Part shown: positions 1 through 10,342 of the stretch, piece by piece
Layout: every line of letters starts with the position of its first letter
Numbering within the stretch: the first letter of the stretch is position 1
NCBI GenBank assembly: GCA_028819565.1
Contig: JAPPLD010000027.1
Coordinates: forward strand, 16,802 to 80,801
Reading direction: 5' to 3'
DNA from: Gammaproteobacteria bacterium
Lineage (GTDB): Bacteria; Pseudomonadota; Gammaproteobacteria; Poriferisulfidales; Poriferisulfidaceae
DNA: 64,000 nt
Notes under the pieces: generated by a model
Database searches by the model: none
Told to the model about the DNA's origin: nothing
The model's input: the letters and a program-made list of their open reading frames with translations, nothing else
Position numbers and translations under genes: made by a program

Positions 1-656
1 GCCACATTTTGCGCGATGCGCACATCGCCGCCGAACGGGGCCGCATCACCTGCCTGCTCGGGCGCAACGGCGTCGGCAAGACCAGCTTCCTGCGCGGGCT
101 GACCGGGCAGATTCCAGTGCGCAGCGGTCAAGTCTTGTGGGATGGCGAGGACATCACCCACCTGCCCGCGCACAGCCGCGCCCACCGCGGCATCGCCTAC
201 GTGCCGCAGGGCCGAGACATCTTCCCCCGCCTGACGGTCGAAGAAAACCTGATGACGGGCTTCAACTGCCTGCCGCGCAACGATGCGCGCGTCCCGCCGG
301 AAGTGTTCGAACTGTTCCCGGTCCTGGCCGACATGATGGGCCGGCGCGGCGGCGACCTGTCCGGCGGCCAGCAACAGCAGCTCGCAATCGGCCGCGCACT
401 GGTCACCCGCCCCCGCCTGCTACTGCTGGACGAACCCACCGAGGGCATCCAGCCCTCGATCATCAAGGACATCGAAAAGGTCATCCGGCTGCTCGGCAAA
501 CGCGGCGACATGGCCGTGCTGCTGGTTGAACAGTACTACGAACTGGCCTGCGACCTGGCCGACGACGTCGCGGTCATGGACCGCGGGCGCATCCTGCTGT
601 CCGGCCCGATTGGCGACTTCGAAGAAGCCGAGATCCGCCAACACCTCACCGTATGA
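1..656 (+). CDS. urtE: urea ABC transporter ATP-binding protein UrtE (LivF-like), 5'-truncated at window edge
   Basis: Walker A (GRNGVGKTS), ABC signature LSGGQQQ and Walker B LLLLDEP in the translation. It sits immediately upstream of the urease operon, and its frame continues to the window start. Confidence 0.8.
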   Translation, partial: HILRDAHIAAERGRITCLLGRNGVGKTSFLRGLTGQIPVRSGQVLWDGEDITHLPAHSRAHRGIAYVPQGRDIFPRLTVEENLMTGFNCLPRNDARVPPEVFELFPVLADMMGRRGGDLSGGQQQQLAIGRALVTRPRLLLLDEPTEGIQPSIIKDIEKVIRLLGKRGDMAVLLVEQYYELACDLADDVAVMDRGRILLSGPIGDFEEAEIRQHLTV

Positions 657-1489
657 ACTCCTCTCCCATCGCCGACGGATCCGCCACCCTGAGCTTCGAG
701 GCGGCTCGCGACGGCACGGCGATTGGCGAACTGTACCAGCACGACCCGCTGCGCCTGCTGTTTCCCCGCCACGTGGAGGGCGAGCCGCTCACCGGCGTCC
801 TGGTCACCACGTCCGGAGGGCTGGTCGGGGGCGACCGGCTCCAGGTCCGCGTCTCGAGCGGCGAGGAGACAGCCGGGCGGGTGCTGGCACAGGCGGCGGA
901 AAAAATCTATCGCTCCACCGGGGCGGATTCGCGCATCAAGATCCGGTTGCAGGCGGAAGCGGGTTCCTGGCTGGAGTGGCTTCCGCAGGAAACCATCCTG
1001 TTCGATTCGTCGCGGCTACGGCGCTCGACCGAGATCCGGGCCGTCCCCGGCGCGCGAATGCTGTGTGGGGAAATGGTCGTGCTCGGGCGCACCGCCATGG
1101 GCGAACGCATGCGCCAGGGCTTGCTGCACGAGGCCTGGGAGGTCTACTGGGACGACCGCTTAGCCTGGGCGGACGCCCTGCACCTGAATTCCGGGTTCGG
1201 ACGCGTCAGCGACGCCCCCGCGGGCCTGGACGGCGCGCGCGCCTGCGCCAGCATCCTCTACGTCGGCGACGATGCCGGCGAACACCTCGATTCGGCCCGA
1301 ACCCTGATCGACGAGACCGTGGAAGATTCCCTGCGGGTGGCCGCAAGCTGCATGGGAAAGGTCCTGGTCATCCGCTGGCTCGGCCGGGACAGCCTGCAAC
1401 TACGCGACGCCTACGGCCGGTTCTGGGCGGCATTTCGTCATTACCTGGCCGGCTATCCGCCTATAATGCCAAGGCTATGGCAGGCTTGA
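653..1489 (+). CDS. ureD: urease accessory protein UreD/UreH
   Basis: 278-aa ORF directly upstream of ureABC, with a start overlapping the urtE stop. The position and size fit UreD. Confidence 0.8.
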   Translation: MNSSPIADGSATLSFEAARDGTAIGELYQHDPLRLLFPRHVEGEPLTGVLVTTSGGLVGGDRLQVRVSSGEETAGRVLAQAAEKIYRSTGADSRIKIRLQAEAGSWLEWLPQETILFDSSRLRRSTEIRAVPGARMLCGEMVVLGRTAMGERMRQGLLHEAWEVYWDDRLAWADALHLNSGFGRVSDAPAGLDGARACASILYVGDDAGEHLDSARTLIDETVEDSLRVAASCMGKVLVIRWLGRDSLQLRDAYGRFWAAFRHYLAGYPPIMPRLWQA

Positions 1490-1502
1490 CAGAGGGGACG
1501 CC

Positions 1503-1805
1503 ATGAACCTGACGCCGCGCGAGAAAGACAAGCTGCTCATCGCCATGGCCGCCGAGGTGGCACGCCGCCGGCAGGCACGGGGCGTCAAGCTCAATTATCC
1601 GGAAGCCGTTGCGCTGATCAGCGATTTCGTGGTCGAGGGCGCGCGTGACGGACGCAGTGTTGCCGAACTGATGCGCGACGGCGCCAAGGTGCTCGGCCGT
1701 GACGACGTCATGGACGGCGTCGCGGACATGATCCATGACATCCAGGTCGAAGCGACCTTCCCCGACGGGACCAAGCTGGTCACCGTCCACAACCCTATCC
1801 GCTGA
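1503..1805 (+). CDS. ureA: urease subunit gamma
   Basis: 100 aa, [13 protein letters not shown]...; canonical UreA N-terminus. Confidence 0.95.
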   Translation: MNLTPREKDKLLIAMAAEVARRRQARGVKLNYPEAVALISDFVVEGARDGRSVAELMRDGAKVLGRDDVMDGVADMIHDIQVEATFPDGTKLVTVHNPIR

Positions 1806-1808
1806 AGC

Positions 1809-2120
1809 ATGATCCCCGGCGAAATCCTCCCGGCCGACGGCTCGCTGACCCTCAACGAGGGCCGTCAGACCCTCACCCTGACCGTGGCCAACACCGGCGA
1901 CCGCCCCGTGCAGGTCGGCTCCCACTACCATTTCTTTGAAGTCAACTCGGCGCTTGACTTCGACCGCAATGCCGCACGCGGATACCGTCTCGACATCCCG
2001 GCCGGCACCGCCGTGCGCTTCGAGCCGGGGCAGAGCCGGGAAGTGACTCTAGTGCGCTACGCCGGCGCAGGCCAAGTGTACGGCTTCAATAGCGCCGTCA
2101 ACGGACCCCTGAAGGACTGA
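1809..2120 (+). CDS. ureB: urease subunit beta
   Basis: 103 aa, MIPGEI...[17 protein letters not shown] motif typical of UreB. Confidence 0.95.
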   Translation: MIPGEILPADGSLTLNEGRQTLTLTVANTGDRPVQVGSHYHFFEVNSALDFDRNAARGYRLDIPAGTAVRFEPGQSREVTLVRYAGAGQVYGFNSAVNGPLKD

Positions 2121-2123
2121 GCC

Positions 2124-3833
2124 ATGGCCTACGAGATTGATCGCGCCAGTTACGCATCCATGTTCGGACCGACCGCCGGCGACCGCATCCGCCTGGCGGA
2201 TACCGACCTGTTCATCGAGGTGGAGGAGGATCGCGCCTGCTATGGCGAAGAAGTCAAGTTCGGCGGCGGCAAGGTGATCCGCGATGGCATGGGGCAGTCC
2301 CAGGCCAGCCGCGCCGACGGCGCAGTCGATACCGTCATCACCAACGCACTGATCCTTGACCATTGGGGCATCATCAAAGCCGATATCGGCATCCGGGATG
2401 GACGCATCGTCGGCATCGGCAAGGCCGGCAACCCGGACGTGCAGCCGGGCGTGGACATCGTGATTGGCCCCGGCACCGAGGCCATCGCCGGCGAGGGACG
2501 TATCCTGACGGCCGGCGGGATCGACGCGCATATCCACTGGATCAGTCCGCAGCAGATCGAGGAATCCCTGTATTCGGGGGTCACCACCATGCTCGGCGGC
2601 GGCACCGGCCCGGCCGAAGGCACCAACGCCACGACCTGCACGCCCGGGCCCTGGCACATGGCGCGCATGCTGCAGGCGGCCGAAGGCTTCCCCATGAACC
2701 TCGGCTTCTTCGGCAAGGGCAACGCGACCCGTCCCACCGCATTGAGAGAGCAGATCGAAGCCGGCGCCTGCGGGCTCAAACTGCACGAGGACTGGGGCAC
2801 GACTCCGGCCGCCATCGACAACTGCCTGGCGGTTGCGGATGAGATGGACGTGCAGGTCGCCATCCATACCGACACCTTGAACGAATCGGGCTTCGTGGAG
2901 AATACCGTCGCGGCGTTTCGCGGGCGAACCATTCATGCCTTCCACACGGAAGGCGCGGGCGGTGGCCACGCCCCGGACATCATCAAGTTGTGCGGCGAAC
3001 ACAACGTGCTGCCCTCCTCCACCAACCCGACCCGGCCCTATACCGTCAACACCGTGGATGAGCACCTCGACATGCTGATGGTCTGCCACCATCTGGATGC
3101 CAGAATCCCGGAAGACATCGCCTTCGCGGAAAGCCGCATCCGGCGCGAAACCATTGCCGCCGAAGACATCCTGCACGACTTCGGAGCCTTCTCGATGATC
3201 GCCTCCGACAGCCAAGCGATGGGCCGGGTCGGGGAAGTCATCCTGCGAACCTGGCAGACGGCCGACAAGATGAAGAAACAGCGTGGCCGGCTGTCGGAAG
3301 AGACTGGCGACAACGATAACCTTCGGGTCCGGCGTTATCTCGCCAAATACACCATCAATCCGGCGCTGACGCACGGCATTGCGGATTATGTCGGCTCCGT
3401 CGAGGTCGGCAAGCTGGCGGACCTAGTGCTTTGGAAACCGATGTTCTTCGGGGTTAAACCCGATCTGGTACTCAAGTGCGGCACCATCGCCGCTGCCGCG
3501 ATGGGCGACCCGAACGCCTCAATCCCGACCCCCCAGCCGGTCCACTATCGGCCCATGTTCGGGGGGTTCGGACGCTCTCTCATCGAAAGTGCCGTTACTT
3601 TCGTCTCCCGGGTAGGGCTGGATGCCGACCTGAGAAACCAGTTGGGCCTGTCGAAGACCCTGCTTCCCGTGTCCGGCACCCGCCGAATCGCCAAGACGGA
3701 CATGATCCTGAACAACGCCCTGCCCAAGATGGAAGTCGACCCGGAAACCTACGAAGTCCGTGCCGACGGCGAATTGCTGACCTGCGAACCGGCAGACATA
3801 CTGGCAATGGCCCAGCGTTACTTCCTGTTCTGA
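2124..3833 (+). CDS. ureC: urease subunit alpha
   Basis: 569 aa; amidohydrolase nickel-site motifs ([20 protein letters not shown]). Confidence 0.97.
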   Translation: MAYEIDRASYASMFGPTAGDRIRLADTDLFIEVEEDRACYGEEVKFGGGKVIRDGMGQSQASRADGAVDTVITNALILDHWGIIKADIGIRDGRIVGIGKAGNPDVQPGVDIVIGPGTEAIAGEGRILTAGGIDAHIHWISPQQIEESLYSGVTTMLGGGTGPAEGTNATTCTPGPWHMARMLQAAEGFPMNLGFFGKGNATRPTALREQIEAGACGLKLHEDWGTTPAAIDNCLAVADEMDVQVAIHTDTLNESGFVENTVAAFRGRTIHAFHTEGAGGGHAPDIIKLCGEHNVLPSSTNPTRPYTVNTVDEHLDMLMVCHHLDARIPEDIAFAESRIRRETIAAEDILHDFGAFSMIASDSQAMGRVGEVILRTWQTADKMKKQRGRLSEETGDNDNLRVRRYLAKYTINPALTHGIADYVGSVEVGKLADLVLWKPMFFGVKPDLVLKCGTIAAAAMGDPNASIPTPQPVHYRPMFGGFGRSLIESAVTFVSRVGLDADLRNQLGLSKTLLPVSGTRRIAKTDMILNNALPKMEVDPETYEVRADGELLTCEPADILAMAQRYFLF

Positions 3834-4303
3834 TGCTGGCGCGTGCAACCACTGTCGCCTCGGCAAACGAATGGCCGGCCGAACGGCAGCGTGCGACGGT
3901 CACCCTGGACTACGACGGCCGCTACCGCCGCCGAATCCGGCTCGTCACCGACGAAGGGGACCCATTCCTCTTGGACCTCCCCCAAGCCGTACGCCTTGGC
4001 GAAGGTGATGGTTTGGTACTGGAAGACGGCGGATATGTGCGGGTCGTCGCAGCGGCGGAACCGGTTGCGGACCTGAGCTGCCGCGAACTCTCCGAAACCA
4101 CCCGGATCGCCTGGCACATCGGCAATCGCCACATTCCGATCCAGGTTCTTCCAGATGGCGCCTTGCGGATCCGGGACGACCACGTCATCGTCGAGATGGC
4201 CCGGCAACTGGGTGCGCAAGTTCACTGCCACCAAGCCCCCTTCTCCCCCGAGCCCGGCGCCTACGCCTCGCGCGGCGATGAACATCACGCCCATGAGCAC
4301 TGA
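3833..4303 (+). CDS. ureE: urease accessory protein UreE (nickel metallochaperone)
   Basis: ATG overlaps the ureC stop (tgATG). The C-terminal tail is His-rich (DEHHAHEH). The upstream in-frame extension of the 275-aa ORF is rejected. Confidence 0.85.
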   Translation: MLARATTVASANEWPAERQRATVTLDYDGRYRRRIRLVTDEGDPFLLDLPQAVRLGEGDGLVLEDGGYVRVVAAAEPVADLSCRELSETTRIAWHIGNRHIPIQVLPDGALRIRDDHVIVEMARQLGAQVHCHQAPFSPEPGAYASRGDEHHAHEH

Positions 4304-5003
4304 CGGCATCTCGGTCGGCGGCGCGCAGCTGGTTCGCCTGATGAACTGGCTGTCCCCTTCTTTCCCGGTCGGCGCCTACAGCTATTCGCACGGGATCGAG
4401 TACGCGGTGGAAACCGGCCTGATCCACGACCGGGACACCTTGCGCGACTGGATCTCCGAAGTCATCGCGGCCGGAACCGGGCGAGTCGACGCGGATCTGC
4501 ACCGTGCGGCCCATGAAGCGGTCCGAAACCGTGACGAAACCCTATTCATCTGGGCGCTGGAACATGGCGACGCGATGCGCGCCACCCGGGAACTCGGCGA
4601 GGAGACCGAGAACCAAGGCCAGGCATTCTTGACCGCAGTCGCTCGCCCCTGGCCGGCAACCGGGCTCGACTGGGCCCGAGAAAAGGCGGCGGAACAGCAA
4701 CGACCGATGGTCTATCCGGTGGCCGTCGGCGCCGTGGCGGCAGCGCAGGACATCCCGCTGGAACCCGCGCTGGTCGCTTATCTCCACGCGCTGGCCGCTA
4801 ACCTGGTGTCCGCCGGCATCCGGCTAATCCCCCTAGGACAGAGCGACGGTCAGCAGGCGCTGGCCGACCTGGAACCGGTCATCCTGGATGCGGTCGCACA
4901 GGCCCTGGAACGGGATCGAGAGGACATCGGACAGGCCGCCCTGATGGTGGACTGGGCCTCTGCCCGCCACGAAACCCAGTACACCCGCCTGTTCCGCTCA
5001 TGA
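4278..5003 (+). CDS. ureF: urease accessory protein UreF
   Basis: Contains the UreF-like core [21 protein letters not shown]. The start is uncertain (4278 or 4293) and overlaps the ureE 3' end. Confidence 0.8.
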   Translation: MNITPMSTDGISVGGAQLVRLMNWLSPSFPVGAYSYSHGIEYAVETGLIHDRDTLRDWISEVIAAGTGRVDADLHRAAHEAVRNRDETLFIWALEHGDAMRATRELGEETENQGQAFLTAVARPWPATGLDWAREKAAEQQRPMVYPVAVGAVAAAQDIPLEPALVAYLHALAANLVSAGIRLIPLGQSDGQQALADLEPVILDAVAQALERDREDIGQAALMVDWASARHETQYTRLFRS

Positions 5004-5647
5004 GCACACCTTTCCGCGTCGGCATCGGCGGCCCGGTCGGCACCGGCAAGACCGCATTGATGGACGCCCTGTGCAAGCGGCTGCGCGATGACTACGACAT
5101 CGCAGCCATCACCAACGATATCTACACCGAGGAAGACGCCCAGTTCCTGACGCGTTCGGGGGCGCTGGCACCGGAGCGCATCCGCGGAGTCGAGACCGGC
5201 GGGTGCCCGCACACGGCCATCCGCGAGGATGCCTCCATGAATCTCGCGGCGGTCGGCGACATGGTGGCGCGTTTCCCGGACCTAGACATCGTGCTAATCG
5301 AGTCCGGCGGTGATAATCTCGCTGCCACCTTCTCCCCGGAACTCGCCGACCTCACCATCTACGTCATCGACGTCTCCGCTGGCGACAAGATCCCGCGCAA
5401 GGGCGGACCCGGCATCACACGTTCCGACCTGCTGGTCATCAACAAGACCGACCTCGCGCCGCTGGTCGGCGCCAGCCTGGAAGTGATGGAACGGGACTCT
5501 CGCCGCATGCGCGGGGAGCGGCCTTTCCTGTTCAGCAATCTGAAAGCCCAGGAGGGAGTCGGCGAGATCGTGGATTTCGTGCTGGCCTCCGGCGGATTCA
5601 CCACACAGGAACCTGCCGGCGGCGAAACCGATACATCATCCCACTGA
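5000..5647 (+). CDS. ureG: urease accessory GTPase UreG
   Basis: P-loop GPVGTGKT and the conserved CPH metal-binding motif. Confidence 0.95.
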   Translation: MSTPFRVGIGGPVGTGKTALMDALCKRLRDDYDIAAITNDIYTEEDAQFLTRSGALAPERIRGVETGGCPHTAIREDASMNLAAVGDMVARFPDLDIVLIESGGDNLAATFSPELADLTIYVIDVSAGDKIPRKGGPGITRSDLLVINKTDLAPLVGASLEVMERDSRRMRGERPFLFSNLKAQEGVGEIVDFVLASGGFTTQEPAGGETDTSSH

Positions 5648-5673
5648 GAAGAACTTTTGATTTGGAGAAACCC

Positions 5674-5832
5674 GTGAAACTCATACACCGAACCGTGATT
5701 CCCTTGTCCGCGCTGCTGTTCGCCCTGCCCGCATCCGGTCACGACACCGGAACCGTCCACGACCACGGGATCGGCTATCTCTTGCTGCTGGTGGCGCTGG
5801 TTGCGGGAGCCACGGCCCTGCTACGTCGGTAA
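5674..5832 (+). CDS. 52-aa signal-peptide/His-motif/TM mini-protein; possible truncated HupE/UreJ nickel permease remnant
   Basis: GTG start with GGAG RBS 7 nt upstream. Translation: MKLIHRTVIPLSALLFALPASGHDTGTVHDHGIGYLLLLVALVAGATALLRR. It sits where ureJ lies in ureDABCEFGJ-type operons. Confidence 0.3.
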   Translation: MKLIHRTVIPLSALLFALPASGHDTGTVHDHGIGYLLLLVALVAGATALLRR

Positions 5833-5963
5833 CGGCTTCTTACTGCCGGGTTCCCGCCGAATGAGCCCGGTAGCGGAAATGTCCACTCATCCTGTTTTGG
5901 CAAAGGCAAGAATCCCCGCGTTATTTTAGGGATCCGGCAAGATTCGGGTTTTCGGGCTCCGTC

Positions 5964-6155
5964 TCAGGACAAAAGCCATTTCGCCAAGAGGATTCCGATG
6001 CCGGCCAACGCGACGGCTCCGCTCATGGAGCCCGCCAGAAACCAGATCTTCAGGTCCTTCAGATCCTCTTTCGTGGAAACATGCTCCATCTGGGTTTCGA
6101 GCCTGACCAGCCTTTGCCGAACTTCGGTCTCGAAAGTCATGGACTCTGCCGTCAT
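5964..6155 (-). CDS. DUF1640-like coiled-coil protein with C-terminal TM anchor
   Basis: AGGAGG RBS 8 nt upstream of the ATG (MTAESMTFE...). C-terminal hydrophobic helix. Paralogous to the gene at 24385-24771. Confidence 0.45.
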   Translation of the reverse strand: MTAESMTFETEVRQRLVRLETQMEHVSTKEDLKDLKIWFLAGSMSGAVALAGIGILLAKWLLS

Positions 6156-6340
6156 GCGATCCTCCTGTGATCGTAGGAGGCATCCTATCATAGCGATTTC
6201 CAACCCGCGCAATGCTTTGAAAAGTCCTACAAAAGAAATTCCGTCTCCTTTGTTTCCTAGCACATCTAATTGATTTATAGAACTATTTATTGCCAACCTA
6301 AAAAGCAAGGCGACTTCTCGACCGCCTGCCCGAAATCGGT

Positions 6341-6356
6341 CTCGGCTATAGCCGAG
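6341..6356. terminator. perfect 16-bp palindrome CTCGGCTATAGCCGAG spanning the yejF stop codon (putative operon-end hairpin)
   Basis: Seen directly; extended imperfect arms cggt/accg. Confidence 0.3.
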
Positions 6357-7995
6357 GCACCGCCGACAGCAGTGTTCGAGTGTATTCGTGCTGCGGGTTC
6401 TGCAGGATCTCGACCGTGTCTCCCTGCTCGACGATCCGCCCCTCGTGCATGACCGCCATGCGGTGCGCCATCCAGGACACGACCGCGATGTTGTGCGTGA
6501 TGAACAGGTAGGTCAGGCCGTGTCGGTCCTGCAGATCCTGTAGCAGGTTCAGGATCTGGGCCTGAATGGTGACGTCCAACGCACTGGTCGGCTCGTCACA
6601 TACGATCAACCGCGGGTTGACCGCCAAGGCCCGGGCGATCGCGATGCGCTGACGCTGCCCGCCCGAGAATTCATGCGGGTAGCGGGTCTGGTGCTCGGGC
6701 TTCAGCCCGACCTGCAACAGTAATTCCTCGATCCGCTCGCGCCGCTCGACCGCATCTTGCGCCACGCCCAGGACCTGCATCCCCTCAGCGATGATGTCGC
6801 CGATGACCATGCGGGGGTTGAGGGACGAAAACGGGTCCTGGAAGACGATCTGCAGTTCCGACCGGAACGGAGCCATCTCGTGGGCTGAGCAATGGCTCAG
6901 GTCGTGCCCCCGGTAGTGAACGCTTCCCTGCGTGATCGGCAGCAAGCGGATCAGGCTCTTGCCGGTGGTCGTCTTGCCGCAGCCAGATTCCCCCACCAGG
7001 GCGAACGTCTCTCCTTCCCGCAAGGTGAACGACAGGCCGTCCACCGCCCGAACATGACCGACGACACGGCGGAATACGCCGCGACGGATCGGGAAATGGA
7101 TGCGCAGGTCCTCGACTTCCAGCAGAGGGTCGGAGCTTGGTCGCGAGGCCGGTTCGACCGCCTGTTCGTCGGAATCGGATCCGTTGCCGTGCAGCCGCAG
7201 TCCCCGCTTGGAGATGTTCGGCAGCGCCGCGAACAGGTTGCGACTGTATTCGTGCTGGGGATTCTCGAAAAATTCCCCTGCGGATTCTGCCTCCACGATC
7301 CTTCCATGCTGCATGATGGCAACCGCATCCGCCATGCTCTTCGCCACCGCCAAGTCGTGCGTGATGAACAGCATCGCCATGCCCAGGTCGCGCTGCAGTT
7401 CGCGCAGCAGCTCCAGCACCTGCGCCTGGATGGTGACGTCCAGCGCCGTGGTCGGCTCGTCCGCGATCAGCAGTTCGGGTTCCGCCGCCAGCGCCCCCGC
7501 GATCATCACCCGCTGCTTCATGCCGCCGGACAGTTGGTGCGGATACTCGTACAAGCGCCGCCGGGGCTCCGGGACACGCACCGCGTCGAGCAACTCCAGC
7601 GCGCGGGCCAGGCTTGCCTTCCGCGACAGCCCCCGGTGCCGGCGCAACGGCTCGCAGATCTGCTGACCCACCGTCATTACCGGGTTGAGCGACATCATCG
7701 GTTCCTGGAAGATCATGCCGATCGTGCCACCGCGAATCCCCCGCATCTGCACCTCCGGCAACTCCAGCAAATCCCGCCCATTCAGCCGGATTTCGCCGGT
7801 TTCGATTCGGGCCGCTTCCGGAAGCAGCCGCATCACGCTCAGCGCCGTCACCGACTTGCCGCTGCCGGACTCGCCGAGCAGGGCGAACGTGCCCTGTTTC
7901 GGGATGGAGAAGCTGACGTCCTCGACCGCCACCTCTCGGTCCGGTCCGGTACCGAACGCGATCTGCAGGTGGTTGACCTCAAGCAGCGTACTCAT
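6346..7995 (-). CDS. yejF: peptide ABC transporter ATP-binding protein with duplicated ATPase domains (YejF-like)
   Basis: Two Walker A/ABC-signature/Walker B sets (GESGSGKS...LSGGMKQR; GESGCGKTT...FSGGQRQR). Start taken at [10 protein letters not shown], overlapping the yejE stop. Confidence 0.85.
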   Translation of the reverse strand: MSTLLEVNHLQIAFGTGPDREVAVEDVSFSIPKQGTFALLGESGSGKSVTALSVMRLLPEAARIETGEIRLNGRDLLELPEVQMRGIRGGTIGMIFQEPMMSLNPVMTVGQQICEPLRRHRGLSRKASLARALELLDAVRVPEPRRRLYEYPHQLSGGMKQRVMIAGALAAEPELLIADEPTTALDVTIQAQVLELLRELQRDLGMAMLFITHDLAVAKSMADAVAIMQHGRIVEAESAGEFFENPQHEYSRNLFAALPNISKRGLRLHGNGSDSDEQAVEPASRPSSDPLLEVEDLRIHFPIRRGVFRRVVGHVRAVDGLSFTLREGETFALVGESGCGKTTTGKSLIRLLPITQGSVHYRGHDLSHCSAHEMAPFRSELQIVFQDPFSSLNPRMVIGDIIAEGMQVLGVAQDAVERRERIEELLLQVGLKPEHQTRYPHEFSGGQRQRIAIARALAVNPRLIVCDEPTSALDVTIQAQILNLLQDLQDRHGLTYLFITHNIAVVSWMAHRMAVMHEGRIVEQGDTVEILQNPQHEYTRTLLSAVPRL

Positions 7996-9362
7996 CGCTT
8001 CACCCTCGGGTCGAAGGCATCGCGCACCGCATCCGACAGCAGGTTCGCGAACAATACCAGGGCAAACATGAACACGAACGAAGCCGTCAGCGACCACCAC
8101 ACCGGAGGCTCGCGCGACATCTCAAGCCGCGCACTGTTGATCATGTTCCCCCAGCTGTTCATGGACGGGTCAACCCCGATGTCGACATACGACAACACCG
8201 CCTCGGCCAGCACCAGGCCGCTGAAGTCCAGCACCACCGTGATCAGCACGATATGCATGACGTTCGGAAGGATGTGCCGCATCAGGATGCGCGGCCCCGA
8301 CACCCCGAATGCCACTGCGGCCTGGATGTATTCATGCTCCCGCAACTTGAGAGATTCGCCGCGCAACAGCCGGCAAAGCCCGGTCCAGCTGGTCAGGCCC
8401 AGGATCATGCACAGGAACAGCAACCGCAGGTCTGCACGCTCCGCCAGGCTCGCATACTCGTCGGCATGGGCGTTCAGGTAGACATGCAGGGACAGGATCG
8501 CCGCAGCGATCAGCAACACGCCGGGAATCGAGTTCAGCGTGATGTAGATGTACTGGATGACGTCGTCCACCCAACCCCGGTAGTAACCGGCCGTGATGCC
8601 AAGCGCAATCGCGAACGGCAACATGATCAGGGTCGTCAGGGTGCCGATCAGCACCCCGGTGCGGATGCTCTTCAGGGTCTGGTAAAGCACGTCTTCGCCG
8701 ACCTTGTCGGTGCCGAACACGTGGTAGGCCCCGGCCAACTGCGTGACGATCCCGATCAGCATCAGGATCAGCAACACGGTGACCGCTACGGACCGCCAGG
8801 GAATCGCGGCCTCTCCCTCTGCCCGGGGTTGCGCGCCCCGCAGCCGACGGGCCAGCCGGACGCCCAACAACAGGAGGGCCCAGACCCCCGCTCCCAACAA
8901 GGCTCCGCGCAGGATCCGGACCGTGATGTCCCAACCGCGTTCCTGTTCCGGGTCCGCAAGATGGGCACCCGCGTACTCGAGCCGGGGATAGACCCGGATC
9001 CGCCCCTGCGGCGTCTCCCGGGTCTCCTTGCTGTGCGCGTGATAGGCGAATGGCGCGGAGTAAGTCCGCTCAACCTGGGTACGCAAGGGCCCGGCCAAGA
9101 TGTCGAACACGCTCAAGATCTCGTTTGAATACTCCACCTGGGCGCCCGGCTGTTCCAGGCGCGGATGGAAATGCAGCGAATCCAGGATCGCGATGGCCGC
9201 GAAGAAACCCAGCGCCACCACCGACACCGCGCCGCCGCGCCGGGTCATGACAGATCGCCAGGCATGCCGCAGGTGCGGCGTACGCAGAACGAAACCCACG
9301 TACAGCGCCACCCCTGCCAGCAGCAGGTAGAGAAAGAAATCGGTCAGCAGGACGACCCACAT
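7992..9362 (-). CDS. yejE: ABC transporter permease (YejE/DppC-like), extended N-terminal region
   Basis: C-terminal DppC-type permease core. The chosen ATG overlaps the yejB stop (TGA/ATG). The 673-aa ORF N-terminus is rejected. Confidence 0.75.
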   Translation of the reverse strand: MWVVLLTDFFLYLLLAGVALYVGFVLRTPHLRHAWRSVMTRRGGAVSVVALGFFAAIAILDSLHFHPRLEQPGAQVEYSNEILSVFDILAGPLRTQVERTYSAPFAYHAHSKETRETPQGRIRVYPRLEYAGAHLADPEQERGWDITVRILRGALLGAGVWALLLLGVRLARRLRGAQPRAEGEAAIPWRSVAVTVLLILMLIGIVTQLAGAYHVFGTDKVGEDVLYQTLKSIRTGVLIGTLTTLIMLPFAIALGITAGYYRGWVDDVIQYIYITLNSIPGVLLIAAAILSLHVYLNAHADEYASLAERADLRLLFLCMILGLTSWTGLCRLLRGESLKLREHEYIQAAVAFGVSGPRILMRHILPNVMHIVLITVVLDFSGLVLAEAVLSYVDIGVDPSMNSWGNMINSARLEMSREPPVWWSLTASFVFMFALVLFANLLSDAVRDAFDPRVKR

Positions 9363-9364
9363 GG

Positions 9365-10342
9365 TCAGCGCAGGCGGATGCGGGGGTCCGCAAGAGTGTA
9401 GGAAATATCGGTCAGCAGCAGGCCCAGGATGTACAGCACCGTGCCGAGGAACACCATCGCCCGCACGATCGAGAAGTCCTGGCGTTGGATCGCGTCGATG
9501 GTGTAGCTGCCGAGCCCCGGAATGCCGAAGAAAGACTCGGTGATGAGGCTGCCCATGAACAGCAGCGGCAGGATCACGACTACACCGGTCAGGATCGGAA
9601 TCAGGGCGTTGCGCAGCACGTGCCGGAACAGGACCCACTGCTCGGACAGCCCCTTGGCGCGCGCCGTGCGCACGTAGTCCTTGGAGATCTCCTCCAGGAA
9701 CAGGGTTCGGTACCAGCGGGTGCCGGAGCCGATCCCGTAGATGACGCTGATGATGACCGGAAGGATCAGAAACTTCACCGCCTCGTACCCGGTGTCGTAG
9801 CCCGAGATGGGGACCAGCTGCAGCAGCTTGCCGACCAGGTATTGCCCGCCGATGATGTAGAACAGGCTGGAGACCGACATCAGGATCACGCACAGCACCA
9901 CCCCGCCCACGTCCAGGTAGGACGCACGGAAGAACGCCAGCATCAACGCCAGCGTGGCGTTCAGCAGCAACCCGAGTATCAGGCTCGGCACCGCGATCGC
10001 CAAGCTCGGCCACATGCGCTGGCGGATGTCGTGGCCGATGTTGCGGCCGCTGTCGGAATTGCCGAAGTCGAATACGAACAGGCGCACCGACTTGGTGTAG
10101 AAGATGGTATCGGTCAGGCTATCCAGTCCGGCCGCCTCCGGGTTGTACAAAAGCGGCTTGTCGTAGCCATGTTCCTGCTTCCATGCCTCCACCTGCTCCT
10201 GCGTGGTGTACTTGTCGCCCAAATGCAACCGGGCCACCTCTTCCGGCGAGTTGACCACGAAGAACAGCATGAACGTCAGCAGGTTGACCCCGATCAGGAT
10301 CGGGATTGCGTACAGTGCCCGGCGGATGATGTAGGCAATCAT
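9365..10342 (-). CDS. yejB: ABC transporter permease (YejB/DppB-like)
   Basis: MIAYIIRRALYAIPILIGVNLLTF... typical DppB N-terminus. Confidence 0.85.
   Translation of the reverse strand: MIAYIIRRALYAIPILIGVNLLTFMLFFVVNSPEEVARLHLGDKYTTQEQVEAWKQEHGYDKPLLYNPEAAGLDSLTDTIFYTKSVRLFVFDFGNSDSGRNIGHDIRQRMWPSLAIAVPSLILGLLLNATLALMLAFFRASYLDVGGVVLCVILMSVSSLFYIIGGQYLVGKLLQLVPISGYDTGYEAVKFLILPVIISVIYGIGSGTRWYRTLFLEEISKDYVRTARAKGLSEQWVLFRHVLRNALIPILTGVVVILPLLFMGSLITESFFGIPGLGSYTIDAIQRQDFSIVRAMVFLGTVLYILGLLLTDISYTLADPRIRLR

Noticed and set aside
3476-3832. Upstream 119-codon extension of the ureE ORF (275-aa ORF in the track)
   Set aside because: It overlaps the ureC 3' end in another frame. The ATG at 3833, coupled to the ureC stop, gives a normal-length UreE.
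6892-8481. 529-aa + strand ORF; also 137-529, 526-1506, 2049-3374(-), 10534-12201(+), 12533-13843(-), 14874-15854(-), 15320-16255(+), 18831-20879(+), 21259-22527(+), 39130-40335(-), 47180-48169(+) and similar
   Set aside because: They lie antisense to or frame-shifted over strongly supported genes (yejF, ureC, yejA, fabI, lon, clpX, katG, dnaQ and others). Their translations are low-complexity Arg/Pro/Gly-rich, typical of high-GC artefacts.
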